Assembly (NCBI GenBank): GCA_947085185.1
Contig: CAMTVK010000007.1
Location: 1 to 64,000, forward strand
DNA length: 64,000 bases
From: Candidatus Fraserbacteria bacterium
Lineage (GTDB): Bacteria; Bipolaricaulota; Bipolaricaulia; RBG-16-55-9; DRXL01
Reading direction: 5' to 3'
Below the pieces are notes generated by a model. The model searched no databases and had not been told where the DNA came from. It saw nothing but the letters and a program-made list of their open reading frames with translations. This document shows, piece after piece, positions 8,432 through 19,415 of the stretch (position 1 is its first letter; every line of letters begins with the position of its first letter). Position numbers and translations under genes: made by a program.

Positions 8432-9403
8432 ATGCCGCAGATGACGCTTGTGCAGGCGATCAACGATGCGCTCAAGACCGAGATGCGCCGCGACCCAACG
8501 GTCATCGTGATGGGCGAAGACGTTGGGGTCAACGGCGGGGTCTTCCGCGCCACTGAAGGGCTTTATCAAGAGTTTGGGCCCGATCGCGCAATTGATACGC
8601 CGTTGGCCGAATCGGGGATTGTGGGAACAGCAATTGGAATGGCGCTCAACGGCCTCAAGCCCGTGGCGGAGATCCAGTTCGACGGGTTTATGCCCCCGGC
8701 ATTTGATCAGATCGTTTCGCACGCGGCGCGGATTCGCTGGCGCTCCCGCGGGCGATTCCACGTGCCTATAGTCATCCGTGTGCCCTACGGCGGCGGGATT
8801 CGCGCGCTCGAGCACCACTCCGAAGCCCCGGAAGCGTATTATGTGCACACCCCGGGCTTAAAAGTCGTCATCCCGTCGAACCCCTACGATGCCAAAGGGC
8901 TGCTCATCGCGGCTATCAGAGACCCCGATCCCGTGATATTCTTTGAGCCCAAGCGCTTATATCGTGCATTTCGCCAAGAGGTCCCCGAAGGCGATTACAC
9001 GGTGCCCCTCGGCAAAGCGAGCATTGTGCGCGAGGGCTCCGACGTCACGGTGATCTCTTGGGGGGCGATGGTGCGCGTCTGTCTGCACGCGATAGAGTCT
9101 CTGGAGAACGTCAGCGTCGAGCTCATAGACCTGCGCACGCTCAAGCCCTTAGACCTCGAGACAGTGCTGAATTCTGTGGCCAAGACCGGACGCGCTGTGA
9201 TCGTCCAAGAGGCGCCGCGCACGTGCAGTTTGAGCTCAGAGCTGACCGCGCTCATCAACGAACGGCTGCTCTTACAGCTGCAAGCTCCAGTCGTGCGCGT
9301 GACCGGATACGACGTGCACATGCCCTATCTGACGATGGAGCAGTACTATCTGCCCGACGCTGGGCGCGTGAAGAAGGGCATCGAAAGGGTGTTGAGTTTC
9401 TGA
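8432..9403 (+). CDS. pdhB: 2-oxoacid dehydrogenase E1 beta, copy 2 (RALEHHSE loop)
   Basis: Full-length paralogue of the upstream gene with the same motifs. Confidence 0.93.
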   Translation: MPQMTLVQAINDALKTEMRRDPTVIVMGEDVGVNGGVFRATEGLYQEFGPDRAIDTPLAESGIVGTAIGMALNGLKPVAEIQFDGFMPPAFDQIVSHAARIRWRSRGRFHVPIVIRVPYGGGIRALEHHSEAPEAYYVHTPGLKVVIPSNPYDAKGLLIAAIRDPDPVIFFEPKRLYRAFRQEVPEGDYTVPLGKASIVREGSDVTVISWGAMVRVCLHAIESLENVSVELIDLRTLKPLDLETVLNSVAKTGRAVIVQEAPRTCSLSSELTALINERLLLQLQAPVVRVTGYDVHMPYLTMEQYYLPDAGRVKKGIERVLSF

Positions 9404-9464
9404 ATCACGGAGAACACAGCACGGAATACACGGGAAACGGCTTTCTCCGTGTCTTCTGTGATTC
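9402..9464. repeat. Intergenic palindromic repeat (GAATCACGGAG...TGATTC family), copy 1
   Basis: Arms gaatcacggag and ttctgtgattc with internal cacgg units; related copy at 23819-23889. Confidence 0.65.
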
Positions 9465-9486
9465 TACTTTAGGGAGTTGATCGCCT

Positions 9487-10923
9487 ATGGTCGTGGGCGA
9501 GATCGCTACGGGAACAGAAGTCCTAGTTGTCGGCGGCGGGCCAGGCGGCTACGTCGCCGCTATCAGAGCCGCACAGTTGGGCAAGGATGTGACGCTCGTC
9601 GAGAAAGACGAGCTTGGCGGAGTCTGTCTCAATGTCGGCTGCATCCCCTCAAAAGCGCTGATCTACGCAGCGTATCTGTACGAAAAGATCAAGCGCGCCG
9701 AACAGTTTGGCATCTCCGCCAAGGAAGTCCAGCTGGACTTTGCGCGTCTTCAAGCATGGAAGGAGAGCGTCATCAAGAAGCTCACAGGCGGCGTCAAGCA
9801 GCTGTGCGAGGGCAACGGCGTCAACATTATCAAGGGCAAGGCGACGTTTGTCGCGCCCAAGAAGTGCCTGGTCGAGAGCGAGCACGGCACCCAAGCGCTC
9901 GAGTTTAAAGATTGTATCATCGCCACGGGATCGGTCCCTATGAATATCCCCGGCTTTGAGAGAGACGGTGAGGTCGTCATAGATTCGACGGGCGCGCTGG
10001 CGCTGAAGAAACCTCCCCAGTCTCTTGTGGTGATCGGCGGGGGCTATATCGGGCTGGAGCTGGGGATGGCCTACGCCAAGTTCGGCAGCAAAGTGACAGT
10101 CGTCGAGATGCTCGATAGCCTGTTGCCGGGCACGGATCCTGAGTTGACGCGCCTTCTCGCTCGAAAAGTCAGAGAGCTGCAGATGGAAGTCCATCTCAAA
10201 TCTCAAGCAAAGGAGCTGAAGGCGGGCTCAGGCGGGGCTGAGCTCCTCGTGCAGACTCCCGACGGAGAGAAGAAGCTCGAAGCGGAAAAGATCTTAGTGA
10301 GCGTGGGGCGCAAGCCCCATACGCCCCCAGACTTGGGGCTGGACAAACTGGGCATACAGCTTGACTCCAAGGGTTTTGTGAAGACAGACTCTCAGAGGCG
10401 CACGAGCAACCCGCACGTCTACGCCATCGGCGATGTTGCTGGGCCACCGTTGCTGGCGCACAAAGCCTCTCATGAGGGGCTTGTCGCTGCCGAAGCGATC
10501 TGCGGGCTCAAGAGCGCTGCGGATTGGCGCACCGTGCCCGCGGTGATCTTCACTGACCCGGAGATCGCCTACGCGGGGATGAGCGAATCCGAAGCGCAGC
10601 AAGCAGGTTATAAGACTATAGCTGGGAAATTTCCGTTTGCCGCGCTGGGGCGAGCGCTGACGATGGGCGAGACAGAGGGCTTTATCAAAGTTATTGCGGA
10701 CGCCGAAACGAGGGTCGTGCTCGGTGTTCAGATTGTCGGCCCAGAAGCGTCGACGCTCATCAGCGAAGGGGTGCTGGCGATCGAGATGGGCGCGACACTA
10801 GAAGACCTGGCGCTCAGTATTCATCCCCATCCGACGCTCCCTGAGGGCCTGATGGAAGCGGCCGAAGCGGCGCTGGGGAAAGCCATTCACATTCTCACTC
10901 CCAAGAGAGAACACAAACTATGA
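9487..10923 (+). CDS. lpdA: Dihydrolipoamide dehydrogenase (E3)
   Basis: GGGPGG, redox-active [17 protein letters not shown] and HPHPTLPE. Confidence 0.96.
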   Translation: MVVGEIATGTEVLVVGGGPGGYVAAIRAAQLGKDVTLVEKDELGGVCLNVGCIPSKALIYAAYLYEKIKRAEQFGISAKEVQLDFARLQAWKESVIKKLTGGVKQLCEGNGVNIIKGKATFVAPKKCLVESEHGTQALEFKDCIIATGSVPMNIPGFERDGEVVIDSTGALALKKPPQSLVVIGGGYIGLELGMAYAKFGSKVTVVEMLDSLLPGTDPELTRLLARKVRELQMEVHLKSQAKELKAGSGGAELLVQTPDGEKKLEAEKILVSVGRKPHTPPDLGLDKLGIQLDSKGFVKTDSQRRTSNPHVYAIGDVAGPPLLAHKASHEGLVAAEAICGLKSAADWRTVPAVIFTDPEIAYAGMSESEAQQAGYKTIAGKFPFAALGRALTMGETEGFIKVIADAETRVVLGVQIVGPEASTLISEGVLAIEMGATLEDLALSIHPHPTLPEGLMEAAEAALGKAIHILTPKREHKL

Positions 10924-12845
10924 TCGCCCCTTACGGCTCGTGGAAGTCGCCGATCACCGCAGAGCTGATCGCCCGTGGCGCCGTCCGGCTGATGCAAGTC
11001 GTGCCGGATGGGACGGATATCTATTGGCTGGAATCGCGCCCCGCCGAAGGCGGCCGCTATGTGATCGTCAGGCGCTCCGCAGACGGCACAATCTCTGATG
11101 TCACCCCCGCGCCGTTCTACGCCCGCACCACCGTGCACGAGTACGGCGGCGGGGATTTTACAGTCTCCAACGGGATCGTCTATTTCTCGAATTTTCGGGA
11201 TCAAAGGCTCTACGTGCAAAAGCCCGGCGCTGCCCCGCAGCCCATCACCCCAGAGGGAGCGTTTCGCTATGCCGACGCCGTGATAGACCCCCAAAGAGCG
11301 CGGCTCATCTGCGTCCGAGAAGATCACACTCTAGCAGGGCGCGAGCCCGTCAACGCTCTCGTGAGTGTAAGACTCGACGGCGACCCCGACGGCGGCACCG
11401 TGCTCGTCTGCGGAAATGACTTCTATGCGTCACCCAGGCTCAGTCCCGACGGCACACGCCTCGCCTGGCTGACGTGGAATCATCCCAACATGCCCTGGGA
11501 CGGCACAGAACTCTGGGTCGCTCAGATCGCCCAAGACGGCTCGCTCACCAACGCCCGCAAGATCGCAGGAGGCCCAACAGAGTCGATCTTTCAGCCCGAA
11601 TGGTCCCCAGATAATAGACTCTATTTTGTCTCCGACAGAACAGGCTGGTGGAACCTCTATCGCTGCAGAGACGGCCAGATCGAAGCGCTTACCCAGTTCG
11701 AAGCCGAGTTTGGCCAGCCCCAGTGGGGCTTTGGCATGTCCACGTATGCGTTCGTCTCCGGGCGAGAGATCATCTGCGCGTATGTGCAGCGGGGCATCTG
11801 GCATCTCGCCCTTCTGGACACAGCTACGAAAACACTCAAAGAGATCGAGACGCCCTATACAGAGATCAGCTACGTGCGGGCGCATTCAGCAGACTATGTC
11901 GTCTTTCGCGGTGGCTCGCCCACAGAGACGCTCGCGATCGTGCGCTTGGGTCTGCACACACAGAAGTGCGACGTCCTGCGCCGCTCGAGCGATCTCTCTC
12001 TAGATTCGGGATATATCTCGACGGCGCAGCCCATCGAGTTCCCTACAGAACAGAATCGGACGGCTCACGCGTTCTTCTATCCCCCAAAGAATAAAGACTT
12101 TCAAGCTCCCCCAGGCGAAAAGCCCCCGCTGTTAGTCTTCAGTCATGGTGGGCCCACCAGCGCCACGACGTCTACGCTCAAATTAGAGATTCAGTATTGG
12201 ACGAGCCGGGGCTTCGCCGTGGTGGACGTCAATTATGGGGGCAGCACCGGCTACGGACGAGCATACCGAGAGAGACTGAAGGGCCAGTGGGGCGTCGTGG
12301 ACGTTGATGACTGTATCAACGCTGCGAAATATTTAGCGCACCAAGGGCTGGTGGACGGGGAGAGATTGGCAATCCGTGGTGGCAGTGCCGGAGGGTACAC
12401 GACGCTCTGTGCCCTGACTTTTAGAAAATTTTTCAAGGCCGGAGCGAGCTACTTCGGCGTGAGCGATCTGGAAGCTCTCGACAGAGATACCCATAAGTTC
12501 GAATCTCGCTATAACCGAACGCTCATCGGGCCGTATCCGGAGCGACGCGATCTGTATTACGAGCGTTCGCCCATTCACTTTGCTGAAAAGATCTCGTGCC
12601 CGGTGATCTTCTTTCAAGGGCTTGAAGACCGAGTCGTTCCGCCCAATCAATCTGAAATGATGGTCGAGGCGCTGCGCAAGAATAAAATCCCCGTGGCGTA
12701 TATAACGTTTGCCGGCGAGCAGCATGGCTTTCGCCAGGCCGAGACTATCAAGCGCTCGCTTGAAGCTGAGCTGTATTTCTACTCAAAAGTCTTTGGGTTT
12801 GAGATCGCTGATCGAGTTGAGCCGGTGCCCATTGAAAATCTTTAG
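10920..12845 (+). CDS. S9 family peptidase (acylaminoacyl/dipeptidyl peptidase-like)
   Basis: [11 protein letters not shown]-terminus, HGGP, GGSAGG nucleophile, D in EDRVV and H in EQHGF. Confidence 0.92.
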   Translation: MIAPYGSWKSPITAELIARGAVRLMQVVPDGTDIYWLESRPAEGGRYVIVRRSADGTISDVTPAPFYARTTVHEYGGGDFTVSNGIVYFSNFRDQRLYVQKPGAAPQPITPEGAFRYADAVIDPQRARLICVREDHTLAGREPVNALVSVRLDGDPDGGTVLVCGNDFYASPRLSPDGTRLAWLTWNHPNMPWDGTELWVAQIAQDGSLTNARKIAGGPTESIFQPEWSPDNRLYFVSDRTGWWNLYRCRDGQIEALTQFEAEFGQPQWGFGMSTYAFVSGREIICAYVQRGIWHLALLDTATKTLKEIETPYTEISYVRAHSADYVVFRGGSPTETLAIVRLGLHTQKCDVLRRSSDLSLDSGYISTAQPIEFPTEQNRTAHAFFYPPKNKDFQAPPGEKPPLLVFSHGGPTSATTSTLKLEIQYWTSRGFAVVDVNYGGSTGYGRAYRERLKGQWGVVDVDDCINAAKYLAHQGLVDGERLAIRGGSAGGYTTLCALTFRKFFKAGASYFGVSDLEALDRDTHKFESRYNRTLIGPYPERRDLYYERSPIHFAEKISCPVIFFQGLEDRVVPPNQSEMMVEALRKNKIPVAYITFAGEQHGFRQAETIKRSLEAELYFYSKVFGFEIADRVEPVPIENL

Positions 12846-12908
12846 TGGCACAAATCGCGCCGACCGTTTACAATCTATGGCAATAACTCTGTGCGAAGGA
12901 GTGTTGCG

Positions 12909-14168
12909 ATGCCCTTTGAGTTTAAATTGCCTGACATCGGCGAAGGGATCCACGAAGGCGAAATCGTCAAATGGCTCGTCAAAGAAGGGGACGTTGTCCG
13001 AGAAGATCAGCCTCTGGTCGAAGTGATGACCGATAAAGCGACTGTAGAAATTCCGGCGCCGCGCGCGGGGAAGATCCTCAAGCTCAACGCCAAAGAGGGC
13101 GAGGTCGTCAAGGTCGGATCAGTGCTGGTGATCATTGACGAAGTTGGGGAGGCCAAGCCTGAACCAAAAGGCGAACCCGTCGCAGCTGCCGCACCACAGC
13201 CCAAACCAGAGCCTGTCACAGCGGCTGTCGCCGCGCCTTCGCCCCCATCCCCAGCTCCGCGTGTGTTAGCGACTCCAGCCACGCGCAAGCTCGCGCGTGA
13301 GTTGGGCGTTGACATCTCACAAATTCAGGGGACCGGCCCCGGCGGACGCATCACCGACGAAGACGTGCGTCGGGCAGCGCGCACCGCGCCATCCCCACCC
13401 CCTGCCCCAGCGCCACAGCACCCCACTGCTCCGGCATTCGCGCCCGGCGCTCTCGGCACCGACCGGCGCGAGGAGCGCATCCCCTTGCGGGGCATCCGCA
13501 AGCGCATCGCCGAGCACATGCACCAATCGAAGACAACAGCCGCGCACTTCACCTACGTTGACGAAGTCGACATGACCGAGCTCATCCAGCTGCGCGAGCA
13601 GATGAAACCGTTAGCTGAGCAAAAGGGCGTCAAGCTCACGTATCTGCCGTTCATCGTCAAGGCGAGCGTCGCTGCTCTCAAAGAGATGCCCTTGCTCAAC
13701 GCGTCCTTAGACGAAGCTCAGGGCGAGATCGTCCTGAAAAAATACTATAATATCGGGATCGCCACAGCGACCGAAGATGGGCTCATGGTGCCGGTGATCA
13801 AAGACGCCGACCGAAAGAGCCTGTTGGAGATCGCCTCTGAGATTGAGCGTTTGGCGCGCGCCGCCCGCGAGGGCAAGATCGCCCTCCAAGACCTGCAAGG
13901 GGGCACGTTCACCATCACGAGCTTGGGGGCGCTGGGCGGGCTCTTCGCGACCCCGATCATCAATTACCCCGAAGTGGCGATCTTAGGGATTCACGAGATC
14001 AAGAAGCGTCCTGTCGTCAGAGAGAATCAGATCGTCATGCGCGATATGATGTTTGTGTCGCTCTCGTTCGATCACCGTCTGATTGACGGGGACGTGGGGG
14101 CGCGCTTCTGCAAGAAGATTATAAGCTATCTTGAAGATCCGAAGTTGCTCTTTCTCGAGTTGGTGTAG
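12909..14168 (+). CDS. pdhC: Dihydrolipoamide acyltransferase (E2) with a single lipoyl domain
   Basis: LPDIGEG, lipoyl site TDKA, E3-binding GTGPGGRI, catalytic DHRLIDG and Pro/Ala linkers. Confidence 0.94.
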   Translation: MPFEFKLPDIGEGIHEGEIVKWLVKEGDVVREDQPLVEVMTDKATVEIPAPRAGKILKLNAKEGEVVKVGSVLVIIDEVGEAKPEPKGEPVAAAAPQPKPEPVTAAVAAPSPPSPAPRVLATPATRKLARELGVDISQIQGTGPGGRITDEDVRRAARTAPSPPPAPAPQHPTAPAFAPGALGTDRREERIPLRGIRKRIAEHMHQSKTTAAHFTYVDEVDMTELIQLREQMKPLAEQKGVKLTYLPFIVKASVAALKEMPLLNASLDEAQGEIVLKKYYNIGIATATEDGLMVPVIKDADRKSLLEIASEIERLARAAREGKIALQDLQGGTFTITSLGALGGLFATPIINYPEVAILGIHEIKKRPVVRENQIVMRDMMFVSLSFDHRLIDGDVGARFCKKIISYLEDPKLLFLELV

Positions 14169-14180
14169 AGTCGGGCTGTC

Positions 14181-15920
14181 ATGCGTGGAATCTTTCGCTA
14201 TCTGTGGGCGTACAGGGGTCGTATTTTTCTAGGGCTGGTCGCGCTTTTTATCGTCGACGGCGCTCAGCTGATCGTCCCCCTCATCATCCGCGCCGCCATC
14301 GATGAGCTCTCACAAACGGGCACGGCCCAGCTGGCTCTCTACGCTGGGTATATCGTAGGCATTGCCGTCGTCGTCGCGATCTTTCGCTTCTTCTGGCGCT
14401 ATTTTATCTTTGGGGCGTCACGCATGATCCGCCGTGACCTGCGCGATCGGCTCTACGCCCATTTGGTCAAACTCTCAGCACATTTCTTTGCTAACACCAA
14501 GACCGGGGATCTTATGGCCCACGCGACCAACGACGTCGAGGCCGTGCAGTTTGCGTGCGGCATGGGCATTCTCGCCCTGGCTGACGCTCTCATTATGGTC
14601 TCGTTCTCACTCGCAGCGATGCTCTCTATTCATTGGCAGCTCGTCTTCTATGCGTTCACGCCGTTGCCGTTTGTGACCGTCTTTGTCGTCGTCATCGGTC
14701 GTATGATCCATAGGCGTTTTACGGCCGTGCAAGAAGCGTTCTCGATCTTGACGGAAAAGGTCCGCGAGGCGATCTCCGGGATTCGAGTCATCAAGAGCTT
14801 CGCTCAAGAATCCGGGTTTTCTCAAGACTTCGAGCGCACCAACGCGCTCTTCATCGAGAAGAATCTGAGTTTAGTGCGGGTGCAGGGCTTCTTCGAGCCG
14901 ATGATCGCGCTGTTAGCTGGGCTTTCGAGCGCCATCGTGCTCTTGGTCGGCGGGCAAAAAGTGATCTCCGGGGCGATCAGCTTGGGGGACTTTGTCGCGT
15001 TCACGTCCTATCTTAGCATGCTGACCTGGCCCATGATGGCCCTGGGGTTTGTGATCAATTTGATGCAACGCGGCGCAGCCTCGATGGAGCGCCTCGAAAA
15101 GATTCTCAAGACCGAGCCGGAGATCACCGACGCTCCGGACGCCCAAGCATTTCCCCAAAAAACTTCTCTGGAGTGTCGGCACTTAACGTTCCGATATCCC
15201 GCCACCGAGCCGAGCACAAACGGGCGCCCTGTACTTCATGACATCTCGTTCTCTTTGGAAGAGGGCCAGCGCTTGGGGATCGTCGGGCTGACAGGCTCAG
15301 GCAAGAGTACCTTGGTGCACTTGCTTGTGCGGGTCTTCGATCCCCCAGCAGGGACGCTCTTTATTGGGGGAGTGGACGTGCGCCAGATTCGCCTGAGTGC
15401 GCTGCGCAGGGAGATCGCCCTTGTGCCCCAAGAGCCGTTTCTGTTCTCGACCACGATTCGGGAGAATATTGCTTTTGGGCGGCCGACCGCTTCAGAAGAA
15501 GAGATCATCAAAGCGGCCAAGCTCGCCGGCATCTACGACGAGATCTTAGAATTCCCCCACGGCTTGGAGACGATCGTCGGCGAGCGCGGCGTAAGTCTCT
15601 CTGGGGGGCAGAAGCAGCGGGTCGCCCTGGCGCGGGCGCTCCTTCTCAACCCCAAGATCATCATCTTAGATGACGCGCTCTCCGCGGTGGACGCGAAAAA
15701 AGAAGAAGAGATCTTACAGAACCTCAAAGATTTCATGCGCGCCAAGACCGCGATCGTGATCGCGCATCGCATCTCGGCGGTCAAAGATTCTGATATGATC
15801 TTGGTCTTCGATCAAGGGCGGATCGTGGAGCGCGGACGCCATGACGAACTCTTAGCGCGCGCTGGCATCTACGCGCGCCTCTGGGAGCTCCAGCAAGCCG
15901 AGGAGGCCGTGCGCCTATGA
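14181..15920 (+). CDS. ABC exporter subunit, fused TMD-NBD (MdlA/TmrB-like)
   Basis: Six TM; GLTGSGKS, LSGGQKQR and degenerate Walker B ILDD. Confidence 0.92.
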   Translation: MRGIFRYLWAYRGRIFLGLVALFIVDGAQLIVPLIIRAAIDELSQTGTAQLALYAGYIVGIAVVVAIFRFFWRYFIFGASRMIRRDLRDRLYAHLVKLSAHFFANTKTGDLMAHATNDVEAVQFACGMGILALADALIMVSFSLAAMLSIHWQLVFYAFTPLPFVTVFVVVIGRMIHRRFTAVQEAFSILTEKVREAISGIRVIKSFAQESGFSQDFERTNALFIEKNLSLVRVQGFFEPMIALLAGLSSAIVLLVGGQKVISGAISLGDFVAFTSYLSMLTWPMMALGFVINLMQRGAASMERLEKILKTEPEITDAPDAQAFPQKTSLECRHLTFRYPATEPSTNGRPVLHDISFSLEEGQRLGIVGLTGSGKSTLVHLLVRVFDPPAGTLFIGGVDVRQIRLSALRREIALVPQEPFLFSTTIRENIAFGRPTASEEEIIKAAKLAGIYDEILEFPHGLETIVGERGVSLSGGQKQRVALARALLLNPKIIILDDALSAVDAKKEEEILQNLKDFMRAKTAIVIAHRISAVKDSDMILVFDQGRIVERGRHDELLARAGIYARLWELQQAEEAVRL

Positions 15921-17698
15921 GCTATCACTGGGAAGAAGAGAAGCTCGGCGCAGCGTACGACTCAGCCCTCATGCGCCGCTTGCTCACCTATGTCAAACCG
16001 TATACCAAGCTCTTTGCAGTCTGTCTGGGGCTCATCGGGATCATCACCCTGTGCGAGTTGGCCCTGCCCTATCTGACCAAGATCGCTATCGATCGCTACA
16101 TCCGCACAGGGCAGATCAGTGGACTCTATCTCCTAGCGACGATCTTTGTCGGGATCTTGGTGGTGCGTTTGGTGGCAAGCTTCGCGCAAGTCTATCTCTT
16201 GCAGCTGAGCGGACAAAATATTATGCGCGACATGCGCACCCAGATCTTTGATCACTTGATGAAGCTCCCCACAAAGTTCTTTGACAAAAACCCTGTGGGC
16301 CGACTCGTGACCCGCGCCACTAATGACGTGGCAGCCATCAACGAGATGTACGCGTCTGTCTTGATCTATCTGTTCAAAGACGTCTTCTTGGTCTTGGGAA
16401 TTTTTCTTATTATGCTGCAGCTGAACTGGCAGTTGGGGCTTTTTATCTTAGTGCTGGCACCGATCATCGCCTACGCGACCTGGGAGTTTCGCAAGCGCGC
16501 TCGCGACGCTTATCGGGATTTTCGAAGAAAATTAGCGAAGCTCAACGCGTATATGCAAGAGAGCCTCTCAGGGATGAGGATCATTCAGCTCTTCGCTCAA
16601 GAATCGCGAAGCTATAAGACGTTTCAGTCCATCAACCAAGAGGAGTACGAAGCGAACATGCGCCAACTGATAGTCTTCGCGACCTATCAGCCGATCATTC
16701 ACATGATGAGCGCGATTGCAGTCGCTCTGATTATTTGGTACGGGGGCGGGGGAGTTATCCAAGGCGTTTTTACGCTGGGGAGCTTGGTCGCGTTCTTGAG
16801 TTACGTGGAGATGCTCTTTGCCCCAATTCGCGATCTCGCAGAGAAATATAATATTTTGCAGGGCGCGATGGCTTCTGCGGAGAGGATCTTCATGCTGCTT
16901 GATGAGCCCATCGAGGATCGCGGGCAGGGGCGTGTGCTGCCCAGCGTGCGGGGATCTCTAGAATTTCGGGATGTCTGGTTTGCCTACGAAGACGAGGATT
17001 GGGTGTTGCGGGGGGTCTCGTTCACCGTTGAGCCCAGCCAGCGCGTCGCTATCGTCGGGCCGACGGGCTCAGGAAAGACGACGATCATCAGTCTTCTGAC
17101 GCGGCTCTATGACATTCAAAAGGGCCAGATATTCTTGGACGGCGTGGACATCCGCGAGCTCGATGTGCACTTTTTGCGATCCCAGATAGCCGTCGTCCTG
17201 CAGGACGTCTTTCTCTTCTCCGGGGATGTGCTGAGCAACATCACGCTGCAGAGCGAGAAGATTCCTAAAGAGCGGGCCATCGAGGCTGCGCGGTTCGTCC
17301 AAGCGAGCTCGTTCATTGAGCAGCTTCCCCACGAGTACAGCGCTGAGGTGAAGGAACGCGGCGCGACGCTCTCGGTGGGGCAGCGCCAACTGTTAGCATT
17401 CGCGCGCGCCGTCGCTTTCGATCCTAAGATCTTAATCTTAGATGAAGCCACAGCGAACATTGACTCACAGACCGAGAGCCTCATTCAAGAGTCGTTGCGC
17501 AAGATTCTCCGTGGGCGCACTTCGATCACCATTGCGCATCGACTCTCGACGATTCACGAGTCTGATAAAATTATTGTGCTGCACAAGGGCGCGGTCGTCG
17601 AGCAGGGGACGCATGAAGAGCTCTTAGCCCGCAAAGGGCTCTACTATGCGCTCTACACGCTCCAGTTTGCTGAAGCCGAAGCCGTCAAGACAGAATGA
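15917..17698 (+). CDS. ABC exporter subunit, fused TMD-NBD (MdlB/TmrA-like), heterodimer partner
   Basis: GPTGSGKT, degenerate signature LSVGQ, ILDEAT; ATGA overlap with the upstream gene. Confidence 0.92.
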   Translation: MSYHWEEEKLGAAYDSALMRRLLTYVKPYTKLFAVCLGLIGIITLCELALPYLTKIAIDRYIRTGQISGLYLLATIFVGILVVRLVASFAQVYLLQLSGQNIMRDMRTQIFDHLMKLPTKFFDKNPVGRLVTRATNDVAAINEMYASVLIYLFKDVFLVLGIFLIMLQLNWQLGLFILVLAPIIAYATWEFRKRARDAYRDFRRKLAKLNAYMQESLSGMRIIQLFAQESRSYKTFQSINQEEYEANMRQLIVFATYQPIIHMMSAIAVALIIWYGGGGVIQGVFTLGSLVAFLSYVEMLFAPIRDLAEKYNILQGAMASAERIFMLLDEPIEDRGQGRVLPSVRGSLEFRDVWFAYEDEDWVLRGVSFTVEPSQRVAIVGPTGSGKTTIISLLTRLYDIQKGQIFLDGVDIRELDVHFLRSQIAVVLQDVFLFSGDVLSNITLQSEKIPKERAIEAARFVQASSFIEQLPHEYSAEVKERGATLSVGQRQLLAFARAVAFDPKILILDEATANIDSQTESLIQESLRKILRGRTSITIAHRLSTIHESDKIIVLHKGAVVEQGTHEELLARKGLYYALYTLQFAEAEAVKTE

Positions 17699-17714
17699 CT
17701 GACAAGGAGGCCTC

Positions 17715-18545
17715 ATGCGCACAGTGCTCTCTACTATCCTGACAGCTGCTCTGCTCAGCGTGAGCTTGGCCCAGCCCACTCCACCGTTGCCGTTTCGCGT
17801 CGTCACAGATATAGCGTATTACGATGCCCCCGATGCTCATCCCACAAAACACCGTCTCGATCTATTCGTCCCTGAAGGGCTGAAAGACGCTCCCGTGGTG
17901 ATCTTCGTGCACGGGGGCGGCTGGACCTCGGGAGATAAACGTCTCTATTCGTTTGTGGGGCGGGCGTTCGCACAACAGGGCTTTGTGACAGCAGTGATCA
18001 ATTATCGCTTGAGCCCGCAGGTGCAGCATCCCGCCCATATCGAAGATGTCGCGCGGGCGTTTGTCTGGGTCTATAGAAATATCGCGCAGTACGGGGGCAA
18101 CCCTGAAAAGATCTTCGTGATGGGACACTCCGCAGGCGGGCACCTGACGGCCCTACTGGCGCTGGACGAAAGATATCTGCGCGCGCACGGGCTGTCGCTC
18201 GCCGCGATCAAGGGCGCGATCCCCATCAGCGGCGTCTACGATGTAACAGCAACGCTCGCTCTCTATCGCACGGTCTTCGGCGCTGACCCAGAACAACGAA
18301 GAAATGCCTCACCGATCGCGCACGTCGGCCCCAACAAGCCGCCGTTTCTTATCATATACGCCCAGTTTGACTTCCCCGGCTTCGACGCCCAAGCGCAACA
18401 GCTCCTCTCTCTGCTCAAGCAGTACGACAACGAAGCTGCTCTCGTTGAAATTCCCAACAGAGATCATGTGACGATCATCGCTACTGTTGGCGCGCCCGGC
18501 GATCCCACCACCGAAGAGATTGTAAAATTCTTACGGAGTCACTGA
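17715..18545 (+). CDS. Secreted alpha/beta hydrolase (HSL-like esterase)
   Basis: Signal peptide, HGGGW and GHSAGG; AAGGAGG SD. Confidence 0.88.
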   Translation: MRTVLSTILTAALLSVSLAQPTPPLPFRVVTDIAYYDAPDAHPTKHRLDLFVPEGLKDAPVVIFVHGGGWTSGDKRLYSFVGRAFAQQGFVTAVINYRLSPQVQHPAHIEDVARAFVWVYRNIAQYGGNPEKIFVMGHSAGGHLTALLALDERYLRAHGLSLAAIKGAIPISGVYDVTATLALYRTVFGADPEQRRNASPIAHVGPNKPPFLIIYAQFDFPGFDAQAQQLLSLLKQYDNEAALVEIPNRDHVTIIATVGAPGDPTTEEIVKFLRSH

Positions 18546-19415
18546 GCGCCGACTGCTCAGATAGATTCCGACTAAGATAAGAGCACCGCCGACGGCCTTG
18601 AGCGCCGTGATCGGCTCGCTCAGCAAAAAATACGCGAGCACCGTCGAGCCTACGGGTTCGCCTAAAATAATCACAGCGACGGTGCTCGCCGGCACATGCT
18701 TTAATGCCCAGTTAAGACTTGTGTGCCCGATCAACTGCGGGCCAAAAGCCAACAACGCTAACCACAGATACGTCTCTTTGGGAAAGCCCACCAAGGGCTG
18801 CTGGAGAAGCGCTGCTATCGCGAGTAAAACAATCGCCGCGGCGCCGTAGACCACAAAGATATACGTCACCAGATCCGTATGCGCCCGCAGGCGCCGCCCC
18901 ACTAACAGATACGCCGACGCCATGAGCGCTCCTAGCAACGCCAAGCCGTCGCCAAGAAGCACATTGGGCCCCGCAAGAAAATCTCCGTAGCCGATCAACA
19001 TCCCGCCCACCAGCGAGATTGCAATCCCCACGACCAAGCCCAGCGTGACCGACTCTCTTAGGAAAAATCGCGACCCCAAAGCGACGAAGATCGGGTTGGT
19101 CGTCACCAAGACGACGGAACTCGCGACCGAAGTAAACTCAAGCGAGCTGATCCAAAAAATAAAGTGCAACGCCAAGCAGACTCCGCCAAGCAGCGCATAG
19201 CGCAGATCGCTCCCCGTCAGCGCTTGGAGGTGTTGTCGTCGTGTGCTTAGGGCTAGAGGGGTCAAGAGCAAGGCTGCCAGGCCCACCCGATAGACGGCGA
19301 TCGAGATGGGTGGGGCCTCAGCCCAGCGAATCCAAATAGAAGCGAACGAAATAACAATCAGGGCGCAGCCTAACACTCCCCAGATCAAGATCGGTGAGGA
19401 TCGAATCGCGCTCAC
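18531..19415 (-). CDS. EamA/DMT transporter
   Basis: About 10 TM segments in two EamA repeats. Confidence 0.88.
   Translation of the reverse strand: MSAIRSSPILIWGVLGCALIVISFASIWIRWAEAPPISIAVYRVGLAALLLTPLALSTRRQHLQALTGSDLRYALLGGVCLALHFIFWISSLEFTSVASSVVLVTTNPIFVALGSRFFLRESVTLGLVVGIAISLVGGMLIGYGDFLAGPNVLLGDGLALLGALMASAYLLVGRRLRAHTDLVTYIFVVYGAAAIVLLAIAALLQQPLVGFPKETYLWLALLAFGPQLIGHTSLNWALKHVPASTVAVIILGEPVGSTVLAYFLLSEPITALKAVGGALILVGIYLSSRRSVTP

Noticed and set aside
13170..13450. Pro/Ala-rich low-complexity tracts (also about 41940-42010)
   Set aside because: Ordinary flexible linkers of E2 and the PEGA protein, not DNA repeat arrays.
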